From Mobula hypostoma (taxonomy: Eukaryota), in contig NC_086101.1 of assembly GCF_963921235.1 (NCBI RefSeq), positions 6,698,001 to 6,762,000 on the forward strand: a stretch of DNA of 64,000 nucleotides, in the 5' to 3' direction. Each line of letters starts with the position of its first letter. Position 1 is the stretch's first letter. The position numbers and the translations under genes are program-made. The notes under the pieces were generated by a model. That model ran no database searches. It saw only the letters and a list, made by a program, of their open reading frames with translations, and was not told the DNA's origin. Below, in pieces: positions 51,135-64,000 of the stretch.

Positions 51135-52670
51135 AATAAGCTAGCTGACAATATTAAAGAGAATACCAAAAGTTCCTTCAGATACATAAAGTGTAAAGGA
51201 GAGGAGAAAGTGGATATCCGACCGCTGTAAAACAATGCTGGAGAGGGAGTAATGGGAGAGCAAGGAAATGGCGGATGAAGTGAATAAGTATTTTGCATCA
51301 GTCTTCACTGTGGAAGACTCTAGCAGCATGCTGGAAGTTCAGGAGTGTCAGGGGTCAGAATTGTGTGAAGTTGCCATTACCAGAAGGTTGATGAGAAACT
51401 GAAAGGCCTGAAGCTAGATCAGTCAACTGAACCAGATTGTGTCGAACCCAGTGTCCTGAAAGAGGGAGCTGAAGAGATAGTGGAGGCATTAGGAATGATC
51501 TTTCAAGGATCATAGATTCTGGAATGATTTCCAAAAGACAGGAACATTGCAAATACCAATCCACTCTTCAGAAAGGGAGAGACGCAGAAGAAAGGAAATT
51601 ATTGGCCAGTTAGTCTGACCTCAGTGGTTGGAAAGATGTTGGAGTCGATTATTAAGGATGAGTTCTCAGATTACTTGGAGGCACATGATAAAACAGGCCG
51701 CAGTCGGAATGGTTTCCTCAAGGGAAAATCTTGACTGACAAATATGTTGGAAATATTTGAAGAAAGGATGTTTCCTACAGTGGACGTATCCAGAAGTGGA
51801 GGGCACAGACTCAAAATTGAGGGGCGACCCTTTAGAACAGAAGTAAGAAGGAATTTATTGTTTAACCAGTGAGTGGTGAATCTGTGGAATGCTCTGTCAC
51901 AGACTGCTGTAGAGGCCGAGAATGAGGGTATATTTAAAGCAGAAGATGATAGATTCCTGATTGGTCAGAGCATCAAGGGATATGGTAATAGGCAGGTGTA
52001 TGGGGTTGAATGGGATCCTGCATCAGCCATGATAAAATGGCGGAGAGGACTAGATGGGCTGAGTGGCCTAATTCTGCTCGTATGTCTTATGGTCTTACGG
52101 TCTTAATTAAGAAGCAGGATAGACAAAGGAGAATTGGTTGATGTTGTGTACGTGAATTTTCGGAAGGCCTTTGACGAGATGCCACACTTGACGTTGCTGA
52201 ACAGGCTACAAGCCCCTGGTATTACAGGAAAGGTACGAGTGTGGATAAAGCAGTGGCTGATTGGAAGGAGGCAAAGAGTGAGATCAAAGGGAGCATTTTC
52301 TGGGTGGCTACTGGTGATCATTGGTGCTCCACAGAGGTCTGTGTTGTGACAGATTCTTTTTACGTTATGCGTCAATGATTTGGATGATGGAATTGATGGC
52401 TCTGCTGCAAAGTTTACAGATGAAATGAAGATAGGTGGAGGGGGAGGCAATTTTTAGGAAGTAGAGAAGGACTCAGGCAGATTAGGAGAGTGGGTAAAGG
52501 AATGGCAGATGGAATACAGTGTTGGGAAGTATATGGTCATGCACTTTGGAAGAAGAAATGAAAGGGCTAACTATTTTCTAAATGGAGGGAAAATACAAAA
52601 AACTGAGTTGCAAAGTGACTTGAGAGTCCTTCTGCGGGTTCCTTAAAGGTTAGTTTGCAGAATGACTCTG
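51135..52670 (+). mobile_element. Degenerate CR1 fragments
   Basis: YFASVFTVED, VVNLWNAL, NFRKAFDEMPH. Confidence 0.8.
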
Positions 52671-52749
52671 CAGATTTACACTTACTGAGAAAGATTTTTT
52701 AAAGAAATCTTAAACTTTGTCAGGAGTACATCAAAACATTGTAGCATAC

Positions 52750-53010
52750 AGTGAAATGTGTCAATTACACAAATGATCAACAGTCCGAGGATTGTGCTGT
52801 GGGCAGCCCTTATGCTGCCTTGCGTCTGGCACCAACATCGTGTACCCACAACTTACCAACCTGCCTTTTCAATATGGGAGGAAACTGGAACACCTGGAGG
52901 AAACCCTCATGGTCACGGGAAGAACATGCAAACTCCTTACAGACAGTGGTGTGGAATGAACCCCGGTCACTGGCGCAGTAAAGCGTTACTCTGTCTGCCA
53001 TATTACTGCA
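52750..53010 (-). mobile_element. V-SINE/HE1-like SINE
   Basis: V-domain-like GGAGTTTGCATGTTCTTCCCGTGACC..GGGTTTCCTCCAGGTGTTCCAGTTTCCTCCCA; related remnant at about 17350-17490. Confidence 0.6.
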
Positions 53011-54003
53011 CTGCACGGCAGTAGACAATGTTTGAACACTGGCTGGAAGCACCGACAGGGCAGGACAACCCCAAACCCCAGGGACGCCGCGCGACACTGC
53101 CTTCGCTGTTTCCTCTCCTGGCGAGCCCGCAGCTTGAGGCCTCGACATCACTACAACGGAGGCCACACAGCTCCCTGCCACCTGTCTCACCAATAAGCAA
53201 GGGAAATGGACTGGCAGTGTCGTACACTGCCAACGTCCAACAGGGTCTTGTGATCTGAAGTAAAACATCGCAGGCAATCACTCGCTGTCAGAGTACATCC
53301 TGCCTTCATGCACTGACTCCAATGCCTTTCTGTAGCAGACAATAACACACCAAGTCCAGCTCCGCCACCAACGAGCAGCTCACTGATGGGGTTGACGTGC
53401 AGTACCTGAAGTTCTTAATGTCCAGCTTGGCTTGCGATCATAAAAAGTACATTAAAAAAGGCAAGCCACCTTCGGTTGTCCCCGGAGAGGCCGCCGCACC
53501 TGGACACACAGCCATCTCACTGGAATGAAGAATAAAGGGTCGCAGCTACTGAAAGAGTGCGGTGCAAGTTAAAGATAAAGTGCCGAGAATCGATCTTCTT
53601 ACACAAGAGGTCCGTTCAAGAGTCTGAGGACAGTGGGCTGGAAGCTGTCTTTCACCCTGGTGGGACGGGCTTTCGTATCTTCTGCCCGATGCCTCTGCAG
53701 GTCAAATCATTACAATAGTGCATTGAGGTAGGACAAGGGAAAACGATAACAGATTGCAGAATAAACATAAGAACATAAGAAATAGGATCGGGAGTAGGCC
53801 ATCTGGCTCATCGAGTGCTCCGCCATTTAATAAGATCATGGCTAATCTGACCTTGGACTCATCTTCACCTTCCTGCCTTCTCCCCATAACCCTCAATTCC
53901 CCCACTGTGCAAAAATCTATCCACCCTTGTCTGACATATATTTACTGAGGTAGCCTCCCCTCCTTCATTGGGTAGAGAACTCCACAGATTCACCACTCCT
54001 AGG

Positions 54004-54593
54004 TGTAGCTCTATCGGCTCGCGTTTATCCCGGGGAAACCCCGTCCGCCCCCCAAACCGTGTCTCACCGTTTGCGTCGGTGCTGTGTAATGCCACCTGGT
54101 ACAACCTCACACATCAATTATCAGACAGCACACAATGTACACCTTACAGTTTACACTTTATAAATCTGACTGGGACTGTTAGATAATAGAGAAACAATAT
54201 AAAAAAGAAAGAAAAAGGCGCCAGGCTTATCAAAGTTCAACTTCTTCGTGCACACAAGTTGGAGCTCAAGTAGCGGGGTCTTCTCTTCACCCTGCGATCC
54301 TCTCCGACTCGCCGCTCGGGACCAACCACGGTGGTCGACCAGAGCGCTTCCAGCACGTCCTTCTGCTCCCCGGTCTCCTCCTGAAACCCCCCCCCCAAAA
54401 CACCCCAGCCTTGTGAGACAGAATATCACCCACAAAAAGAATAACATGGACACGCATTGGTTCATTCACGCCCCCCACCCCATCAATAATATAAACAAGC
54501 TGCTAGAAAGGAACCACTGTCTCAGCAGTTAACATTACAGAGAAGCCATTTTGACTAGCCTACGCAGTAATATAAAAGAAGAGACCCCTTCCA
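54004..54593. mobile_element. Solo LTR with 4-bp TSD, inserted in a CR1 3' end (53762-54660)
   Basis: TG...CA termini flanked by TAGG at 54000-54003 and 54594-54597; CR1 sequence resumes on both sides. Confidence 0.82.
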
Positions 54594-55879
54594 TAGGGAA
54601 AAGCAGTTCCTCCTCATCTCCGTCCGAAATCTACTCCCCTGAATCTTGAAGCGATGTCAAGTGCGGAGCAGGCAGACAATAAGGTGGAAAGCCTTGATTA
54701 GGTAAACTGTGAAGTCAAGAGTTCATCAAGAGAACCATCCAACAGTCTTATAACAACAGGATTGAAGTCAAGTTAAACACAGAAACTGTCGCAGGAACTT
54801 ATCAGGTCAGGCAGCATCTATGGAGGGGAATAAACAGCTGACGATTCAGGCCATGAACGTTCATCAGGACTGGAAAGGGGCAGAATCAATAAGACTTGAA
54901 ACTGTCCTTGAGCCTGATGGTGTGTGCTTTCAGGCTTATGTATCTTCTGCCCAAGGAAAGGGGTGGAGAAAGAGAATGTCCAGGGTGTTTTGGGTCTTCG
55001 ATTATGTTCGCTCCATTACCAAGGCAGCGAGACGCCTTTCTGTGATGTACTGAGCTGTGTCCACAACTCTCTGCAGTTTCCGGCATTCTTGGGCACAGCC
55101 GTGGCCATGCCAAGCCTTGGTGCATCCAGATAGGACATGATCCCACAGATAGAGAGGACAATCTTAAGGGGCTAAATGGTTTCCTCAAATACTCTCATTT
55201 TATTTCCTGGTCTGTGTGGTTTAATGTTTGACACTTCACTGTCTGATGACGTGGAAAATAATTAGAATTTTTGCTGGTCGTCCCTCACCGAAAGAGATTT
55301 GAACGCACTTGAACTTTTTCTTTCTGAGATCAGCTGGGGATGGGATTTGAATATTGTGGTCCTCTGGGCCCTACTTGGCTTGGTTGACACTTAATATCAG
55401 CTTAACTTCTTCTCCCTTTGTCCTTTCCCGTTCACTTGAACCAAAAACAGCATGAAAGTGGAAAGTGTGGTCACAGGGTATCACATTGACTCAAACGACA
55501 CATTTCAATCTCTGTTTTGATGTGACAAATAAAAGCTGCTCGTATCTTCTCTGGAAACGTGGAATAAAGGCAGAGAATATTTTCTAAAAGGGAGGGAATT
55601 CTGAAATCAGATGTGCAAAGGGACTTTGGAGACCGAATGCAGAATACCCTACAGATTAACTTGGAGGTTGAGACGGTAGTAAGGAAGGCAAATGCAATGT
55701 TAGCATTCATCTCAAAGGTATTCGAATATAAGAGCAAAGATGTACTGTAATGATGAGCCTTTATAAATCATTGATCAGGCCACATTTGGTGTATTGGGAG
55801 CAGTTTTAGGTGCCATATCTTAAAAAGGATGTTTTCTGTAGTGGGAGAGTCTATGACCAGAGGGCACAGCCTCAGTTAC

Positions 55880-56975
55880 AAAATACACATGGACTAAGAT
55901 GTTAACTGTCCTGTGTTATCACCAGTGGGATCATCAGTTGATCTGCCACCTGTCTTCAGGAGTTTTGGCTTGCTTATGATCAAGACTCCCTCGAGGTGGT
56001 GGGCCAGCAGTGCTAAAGCACCACCTCCCACTGGTGAGTTTAAAAACTTGGCATCTGCCTCTCTCAGAGTTGTTGGTCACTTCCATCCAACAGATAGTCT
56101 GCTCTTCAGGTGTCTATGCAACTACTGAAGGGTTTGCAAGATATGTGTACACTGTCTGACTATCTGCCTCTCTGGACATACTTGGTCCACACCCATGCTG
56201 ATCCTTTCTCTGCTGCCTCAGCTACAGCCTTGCTGATTGACTTGATCTCTCTTGTCGTGAAGGCAAGATCACGCAGCCACTTCTGGAGAGTGAACGCAAT
56301 AAACCCACGGCAGCCTACTTCGAATGGATAGCATGAGACCTTCCACCCTCTGTCTCTGCGCTCTGATCTCAACTCTGCATACTTGGTTAACTTGCGCTCA
56401 TGGGCTTCATCGATGTTGTCTTCCCAGGGGACTGTGAGTTCACCAATAACCGCTTCTCTACTGGTGTCAGACCATACGATTATATCTGGACGCAATGTTG
56501 TAAAAGCTATTTGCTCCGGGAAACTGCCTTTCCCGTCCAAGTCAGCCTTGACACACCAATCATTGGCTGAGGAAAGTATGCTGATCGTGAGCCTATGCTG
56601 TTAACCCTTGACTTGGAGCCTTCTTTCACAAATGATGTGCGATGTTCTGTGCAGCATGGGGCATGAGATAAGTTGTGCTGCAGTACTCTGTGCTCAGCCG
56701 CTTCTGTTATAACTTTGAGAACGTTGTTATGTCTACAAGTGTACATGCCGCTGGAAAGATTGACTCTCATGCAGTCAAAATATGTTGAAGTGTTCCCTTC
56801 TCGGCACAAGCAGCACATCTGCCTGTCTTATCTTCATACCAGGTGCTGAGGTTGGCAGGTGTTGGGAGCAGATCGTACGCTGCTCTGCATAAAAAAGAAA
56901 TGCGGAGCGGTTCCATCTGCCACAGAACATTCCAAGATAGATGTCGCTGTTCAACACTTTCCCATCGGGTCCAAG
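55880..56975 (-). mobile_element. Hero-like (R2-group) non-LTR retrotransposon 3' end: CCHC knuckle + restriction-like endonuclease
   Basis: CAACAEKGTLQHILTAC, RHNNVLK, LRPDIIVWS..GELTVPWED..ERKLTKYAEL..PFEVGCRGF; frameshifted. Confidence 0.85.
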
Positions 56976-58152
56976 AATAAAAGGATATCCATTTACAACA
57001 GAGATGAGGAGGGATGTGTTTAGGAGAGGATGGTGAATCTGTGGAATCCATTGGTACCGATGCCTATGGAGGCCAAGCCGTTGGGTGTATTTTGAGCGGA
57101 GGGTAATAGGTTAACAAGCTTGTCAGGTTTACTGGGAGAAGGCAGAAGAACGGGGGTTGAGATGGAAAGTACATCGGCCATCATCAAGCTCAAATTCAAG
57201 TTTACTGTCATCTGACTGTTCATATACACAAACGAATCAATGTTCTTCCAGTCCATGGAGCACCCACAACACATATATCACACACAGCGCATAAAACAAA
57301 ATATTACCACAAATAAGATAATAAACTATCATTCAAAATGCATATCAAGTGTGGAGCACAGGTAAATACTGAACAGCTCGCTGTCCTAGTGACAAGACCT
57401 TAGTGGTGGCAGGGTCGTCATTAGTCTCACAAACTGAGGGTAGAAATTGTTATCCGCTCTGACATTTCTATCCTCATGCTCCTGCATCTTCTTCCTGGTG
57501 GTCGTGGGTCGAAGAGATTGTGGTGGTGGTGTTCCTCAACAATGCTTTGGTCCCTTTCCATTCAAACCTCCCGGTAAATGTAACAACCCGGCGGCAGGGG
57601 GAGACCCCAGTGATCCTCTTGGCAGTCTTTACTATCCTCTGTAGGGCTTTGTGGCCTGAGGACTTGCAGCTTCTTTCTTCTGGATCAGCATCGAAAGGCA
57701 GAGCAGACTCGATGGACTGAATGGCCTCATTCTGTGCCTGTGCCTCATGGTCTTATTGTTCTTGAGATCTTGCAGATGCTGAAAATCCTGACAACACACA
57801 GAAAATGCTGGAGGAGCTCAGTTCAAAGCAAAACTATTACCAAAGTACATTTTCATCACCCTGATATTCATTTTCTTGCAGGCATTCACAGTAGACTCAA
57901 AGAAACACAATAGAATCAATGAAAAAGTCCACACAAACAAAAAACATATAGACATTTAATCAATGTGCATAAGAAGACAAACTGTGCGATTACAAGAAGA
58001 AACAATTACTGTTAATAAATAAATATGTAATAAATAACACTGAGAACGAGTTGTCGATTCCTTGAAAGTGAGTCCCGAGGTTGTGGAATCAGTCAATTTT
58101 CAGGTGCGTAAAGTGGAAAATGAGAGGAGAGTAAAGGATGAGTAATTACCAG

Positions 58153-58640
58153 AATTTGTAATTATCTACTGTAATTGCCCTGTGCATCGTCTACATAGCG
58201 GATCATCCGCAGTTGTCAGCGTCTCGTTTTCTCACTTTAGGAACCCATCATCAGCAGTTTCCTACTGACAGGCTTGACTTACTAAGGGTGCTTCGCTATT
58301 GCCGACTTCCTGTGGTGCAAACCCAACACCCTCTCCTCAACCCCCAGACACAGTCAGACTCGGAGGGGGCTTCCCTTCAAGGTCGCCTCCCAGACCCGCT
58401 GTTGTCGAGCCGAATCCAACGTGACAATGTGCAGAACGGTCCCTCATCGCCCCCTTGTGGTGACTGACAGTAGCTGGATGAGTCAGACAAACCAGATTTC
58501 TGTCCCCAGAGATGGTGAAGCAAGCTTGAGAAAACTTTTGTAACCGAATGAAATCAGTAGAAGGTATTTATGGTGCAGGGAATACGGCCAAGAAAGTGCC
58601 CAAGGGCCTCTTCCTCCTCAGGAGACCAGAGAAGTCTGGC
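58153..58640. repeat. Copy 2 of the duplicated segment
   Basis: See copy 1; same orientation. Confidence 0.8.
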
Positions 58641-58984
58641 ATATCCCTTCAATTTCAAGTTCAAGTTTCATATCAGCTGACTGTACATATATACAACCAA
58701 AAATGACATTCTTCCAGACCACGCTGCATCCACAAAACATATATCACACACAGCACATTAACGAAAATATTATATTACAATGAAGTTTATAAAATCTAAT
58801 TCAAAATGCATGCAATAAACCACAGCACAGGTGAACAGTAAGCGACTTGTTGTCCGAGTGACGAGACCTTGGTGGTGACAGGGTATTCATTAGTCTCACA
58901 GCCTGAGGAATGTGGCTGTCACCCAGTCTGGCGGTCCTAGTCCTGATGCTCCTGCACCTATTACTGACGGTTGTGGGTCAAAGC

Positions 58985-60525
58985 GTTTTAAAAACATGCA
59001 GAAGGAAACTAAGAAGGACAATCAGAAGGAAAAGATGAATTATGAGAGGAAGCCATCGACGAACATCAAAGAAGATGCTAAAAGCTTTTTTTAAAGTGTG
59101 TAAAGGGTAAAAGAAAGACTAGAGTAGATATAGGACCAATACAAAATGAAGCTGGAGATATTGTAATGAGAAATGAAGAGATGGCAGAGGAACTGAATGC
59201 GTATTTTGCATCAGTCTTCACAGTGGAAGACATCTGCAGTATACCGAACATTCAAGAGTGTCAAGGAAGTGAAGTTTGTGCAGTGAAAATTACGACTGAG
59301 AAGGTGCTCAGAAAGCTTAATGGTCTGTGGGTGAATAAATCTCCTGGACCTGATGGAATGCACCCTCGGGTTCTGAAGGAAGCAGCTGGAGAGATTGCGG
59401 AGCCATTAATGATGATCTTTCAAGAATCGATAGATTCTGCCATTGTATCCGATGACTGCAAAATTGGAAATGTTACGACGCTATTAAAGAAGGGTGGGAG
59501 GCGGGAGAAAGGAAACTAAACCTGTTAGCCTGACATCAGTGGTTGGGAAGTTGTTGGAATCGATTGTTAGGGATGAGATTATGGAGTACCTGCAGGCACA
59601 TGGCGAAGTAGGCCAAAACCAGCAACATTTCCTGAAAGGAAAATCCTGTCTGACAAACCTACTGCAATTCTTTGAGGAAATTTCGGGCAGACTACTATTT
59701 AGATGTGGAGAGAATTCAAAATACCTTCTCCCATCGACCTGCACCAGGACCATAGCCCTCCATATGCCTGCCATCCACGTACCTATCCAAACTTCTCTTA
59801 AACCTTGAAATCGAGCTTGCTTGCACCCCTTGCGCTGGCAGCTCGTTCCACACTCTCACAATCTGAGTGAAGAAGTGACCCCTCATGTTCCCCTTAAGCT
59901 TTTCACCTTTCACCCTTACCAGTGACCTTGTTGTAATCCCACCCAACCACAGTGGAAAAAACCTGCTTGCATTTACCCTATCTATACCACTCAGGCTTCT
60001 GTATACCTCTATCAAATTTCCCCTCAATCTTCTACGTTCCACGGAATAAAGTCTTTCAACCGTTCCTTATTACCCGAGGTCTCCAGTCCCAGCGATATCC
60101 TTGTCAATTTTTTTCTGTACTCTTTCAAACTTATTTACACCTTTCCTGTAGGAAAAAATGCATACAATACTCCAAATTAGACCTCGTTAAACAACTGATA
60201 CAACATCAACATAACATCCCATCTCTTGTAATCTATATTTTGGTTTATGAAGGCCAATGCGCCTAAAGCATTCCTTACGACCCGATCAAACTGAGACACC
60301 ACTTTTAATGAATGTTGGACCGTATTCCCAGATCTCTTTGTTCTACTGCACTCCTCACTCAGGTAGGTCCTACCAAAGTGCAACATCTTGCAATTGTCCA
60401 CATTAAATTCCATCTGCCATTTTCCAGTCCAGTTTCAGCTGGACCAGATCCCACAGCAAGCTCTGATAGTCTCCCTTGCTGTCCACTACACCCCCAATCT
60501 TGGTATCATCTGCAAATTTTCTAAT
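58985..60525. mobile_element. CR1 fragments (58985-59690 +; 59700-60525 -)
   Basis: NKSPGPDGMHPRVLKE, KSCLTNLLQFFEE; RRRLRGNLIEVY, MEFNVDNCKMLHFG. Confidence 0.85.
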
Positions 60526-60529
60526 CCTC

Positions 60530-60970
60530 AGCGATGAGCCCATTTACACGGAGCTCAGCCACAAGAAAGCAGCGACCGTCATCAAGGACTCCAACCATCC
60601 ACACCATGCTCTCTTCTCTCCACTCCCATCGAGCAGGACGTGCAGAACCCTTAGGTCCCACACCGTCAGGTTCATGTACAGCTGTTACCCTACAACCATC
60701 AGGCTCTTGAACCGGTGTGCATAACTCACTCACCACAACTCTGAACCGATTCCACAACCTACAGACTCACCTTCAACAACTCTTTGCAAGTAATGTTCTC
60801 AGTATATTTTTCTTTATTTGAACAATGTATCTTCTTTTGCACATTGATTCGTTGTCAGTCTTTGTTTATGTACAGTTTTCATAAATTCTATTGTTTTCTT
60901 TATTGCCCCGTAAATGCCGGCATGAAAAAGAATTTCGAGGTAGTACGTGGTAACAAATAGGTACTTTGAC
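60530..60970 (+). mobile_element. Rex1/Babar-like 3' end
   Basis: IKDSNHPHHALFSPLPS..R..RSHTVRFMYSCYPTTIRLLN. Confidence 0.7.
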
Positions 60971-63900
60971 AATGAATTTTACTGAAATTTGAGTACTGGT
61001 ATTGAGGGCAACACAGAGCCATCCCCAACATCCTGGCCAATATTAATCACACAAACAACACCAAACAAAAGAGCTATTTTGGTTGTTTTCAGCTTGTTAT
61101 GTATGAACACACAAGATTCTGCCGATACTAGAAATCCAGAGTAAAACTCACAAAATGACGAAGGAACTCAGCAGGTCAGGAAGCACCTATGGAGACAAAT
61201 AAAGAGTCAGCTTCTCAGGTCGAGACCATCCATCAGGATGCGATAATCTGAAATACTGACGAAGGTTCTCGGCCCAAAATATCGACTCTTTATTCCTCTC
61301 CATAAATACAACACAGTACAGGTGCTTCGGCTAATGATGCAATGTTGACATTTTAACCTGCTCTACGATAAACATAACCCTTCCCTTCCACATAGCTCTC
61401 CACTCTTCTTTCATCCACGTGCTTGTCTGAGTATCTTAAATTCCCCGAATGTATCTGCCTCTACCACCACCCTTTCAGAGCGTTTCGCGTGCCCACCAAC
61501 CTCTGTGTAGTAATCTACCTCTGACAACCCCCCAGACCTTCCTCCATTCTCCTTAAAATTATGTCCCCTCGTATAAGCCATTGCTGCCCTGCTCAGGGAG
61601 AACAACTGCCTTCCTTCCCCGCTTCTGGACTGCACAAGACTTCAGATTCTTGGCAATATCATCTTCCCAGAGTTTGCCCCGCTCAGCTGATCGTTCAGCC
61701 ACCCGACCCAGGAGTGAAGGATGAGAGACAAAATGGGCCAGGCGAGGGAACCGATCATCCCTGGAGTACAACAGTAAGACACTTTGAAAAGAAACCTGTT
61801 CAGCAGCTGACTTGAAACTGGCAGTCAAAGAGTGAAGAGCAAATTTAGGTCAACAGTTTTTGAAGGATGTCAAGTTTCAGAATGAGAAGGCAATGGGATG
61901 GAATTACAGTCGTGTGTTACCAGACTTAACCCACACAAGAAGCTGTAATGATCAACAACTAGAATGTCAAGTTATTAGGTGAGACAGAGGACAGGAGAAA
62001 AATAGATTAGCGCCATGTGTGACGGGGTGGTGGAGATTGGTGAGTCATATCTCTTCTGAAAGAGAGGACAGGTGAACAAGGAAGCAAAGCTGAGAGCAAA
62101 AGCAGTGAACAGAAACTCTGGCAGGGGAAATTACAAACAATGGGAATGTCTCCGCAGCTGGGCGATAGAGACTGGACTCCAATTCTACTCATTGCATTTT
62201 AGGAAGACAGGATTTCCCAGTGTGGGTCAAGGATTAGAATCATAATCAGGTTTATTGTCATTGACGTATATTGTGAAATTTATTGTTCTGTGGCAGCAGG
62301 AGAGTGCAGTAAATAATTTTACTGTACGTTAGAATAAGAAAATAAATACGTGGTGCAGAATAGTGAGACTGTTGATGGTCCATTCAGAAATCTGATGGCA
62401 CAAAGAACAAAGTGTTCCGAGAACATCAAGTGTGTCTTCAGTCTCCTGTACCTTTCCCTGACGGCATCAGTGGACTTGTCCTGGATGGCGAGGATTTTAA
62501 TGATGGACTCCACACTCCTGAGGCAGCCTCATTTGACGATATCCATAATGGCGGGGAGGCTAGTGCCCATGTTGGAACTGGCTGAGTTTTCAAACCTTCG
62601 TAATGGTTTCCGATCCTGTGCAATGGTACCTCCGCACAGTCAGTATCGACCCAGACTCAATGCTCCCTGCAGTACATCTGTGGAAGTTTACTTGAGTGAG
62701 GGATTCTGATTGTGCAAAAAGATTGGGGAGGATGTAAGAGGGGTGTCCTCGAAGTGAAGTAAGATCAAGTGAAGTTATGCAGAATTTATTGTGGTGTGTA
62801 CAAGGCACCGAGACAGTCTGGAGACACGACAGGCTGCAGATGCTGAAGTCCAGAGCAACACACGGAATGCTGGAGGAAAGGCAGCCGGCCAGGCAGTGGA
62901 GGGAAACAGACAGTCCAGTTCTGCTCAGAGGAAGGGTCTCGAGGGGAAATGATGACTGTCCATCTCCCTCCATAGATGCTGCCTGACCCCTAAACCCGGT
63001 GAGGAATCAGACACCCCACCATCTCCAGCAGCTCATGTGTTGCAATAAAATCAGACAATGGCAGGAAACTGAAATTCTACATCAAGTATACAAAGCAGTG
63101 AAGAAAGTGCACTAGAAAGAATGAGGGGGAGTGAACAAATGAGTTTCACATCATGAGCGGTTTAACAGAGGATAGTTTCCATGAGAAGACCAGCCAGTAT
63201 ACAGTTTAATGGGGGGATGGGGAATGATGGAAGTGAAAGAAATTGATTCTGTGCTAAATTGTTGGCCAGACAGAAGTTGATTCAACAGGAACTCAGACAA
63301 GGGGATCTGTTCAGGTAACCCGAGGGGTTGTGCAGGTGAGTATTCGGTAACTTCCTGACTGGGTGGGAGAGAAGGTTGGCTCTCACCGCACTCCCAGACA
63401 GTATTCTTGTCTCAGTTAGAAATGCTCATTAAGGGATCTTCTTCTGAAGCCCATCACCCCTACTGGGGCAGAGGCCACCAACAGCAGTTTGCCAGAGTCT
63501 TCTGCCCTGGGACAGTCTTTGAAGCTGTTCCCAGGTGTAGTCCAACTTTGAAGATCGTTTCTCTCCCAGAATTAAGGTATTTGGAGCTTCTGCAGGTGTT
63601 TCTGTTGCACTGGGATTTTACAAGCTGGGGTTGCTAGCCCAATTTCCAACCCACCACCTTTTGCAGCTGGGTTGGGGACCGACCATAGTGGGGTAAAGTG
63701 AGATCTTGCTGTTTAAAAAATGGATCAGGGGCTGGCTGCAATTTGAGAGCACTTGGTCGACTGTTCTCGTGTTCCCATAGAAGCTACCCGACAAATGATG
63801 GCCAAATTGGTTAGTCCTGGGCTCAGAGGTCCACGACTGTGCAACAGTGCCCCAACGTCAATGTCCTGTGATCAGTGAGCCCTGAGTTGTATACCCAGAA

Positions 63901-64000
63901 GTCGGCGAAATCTGGAGTTGAAACCAGAGCTCAAAGTCCAAGGATTGGCAAATCTGGTTGTGGAGGTCCAAAGGTCGAAGGCCGAAACTGTGGGGTCTGG

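Overview
Repeat-dense vertebrate genomic DNA, most likely from a cartilaginous fish. This is inferred from the CR1 families with (AGAAACAT)n/(CCATAAGA)n tails, HE1/V-SINE-like repeats, Penelope elements and a GPR139-like receptor. Most of the window is fragmented CR1 LINEs and Penelope-like elements, plus Rex1/Babar, L1, Hero (R2-group), Gypsy/solo LTR and Tigger-like remnants. Host-gene content is on the minus strand. (1) A TRIM gene (RING, B-box, coiled coil) with five intact GT-AG exons of 411, 96, 234, 23 and 116 bp; I could not find its usual PRY/SPRY (B30.2) exon. (2) A TNF-homology-domain terminal exon (7319-6904) with no recognisable upstream TNF exons. (3) A disrupted GPR139-like GPCR pseudogene. 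The phase-1 donor of the last TRIM exon matches the phase-1 acceptor of the TNF exon, predicting a 431-aa TRIM-TNF chimera; this is the main candidate novelty and needs transcript evidence. Penelope terminal repeats also carry minimal hammerhead-ribozyme motifs in many copies. Repeat boundaries are approximate and were read by eye.
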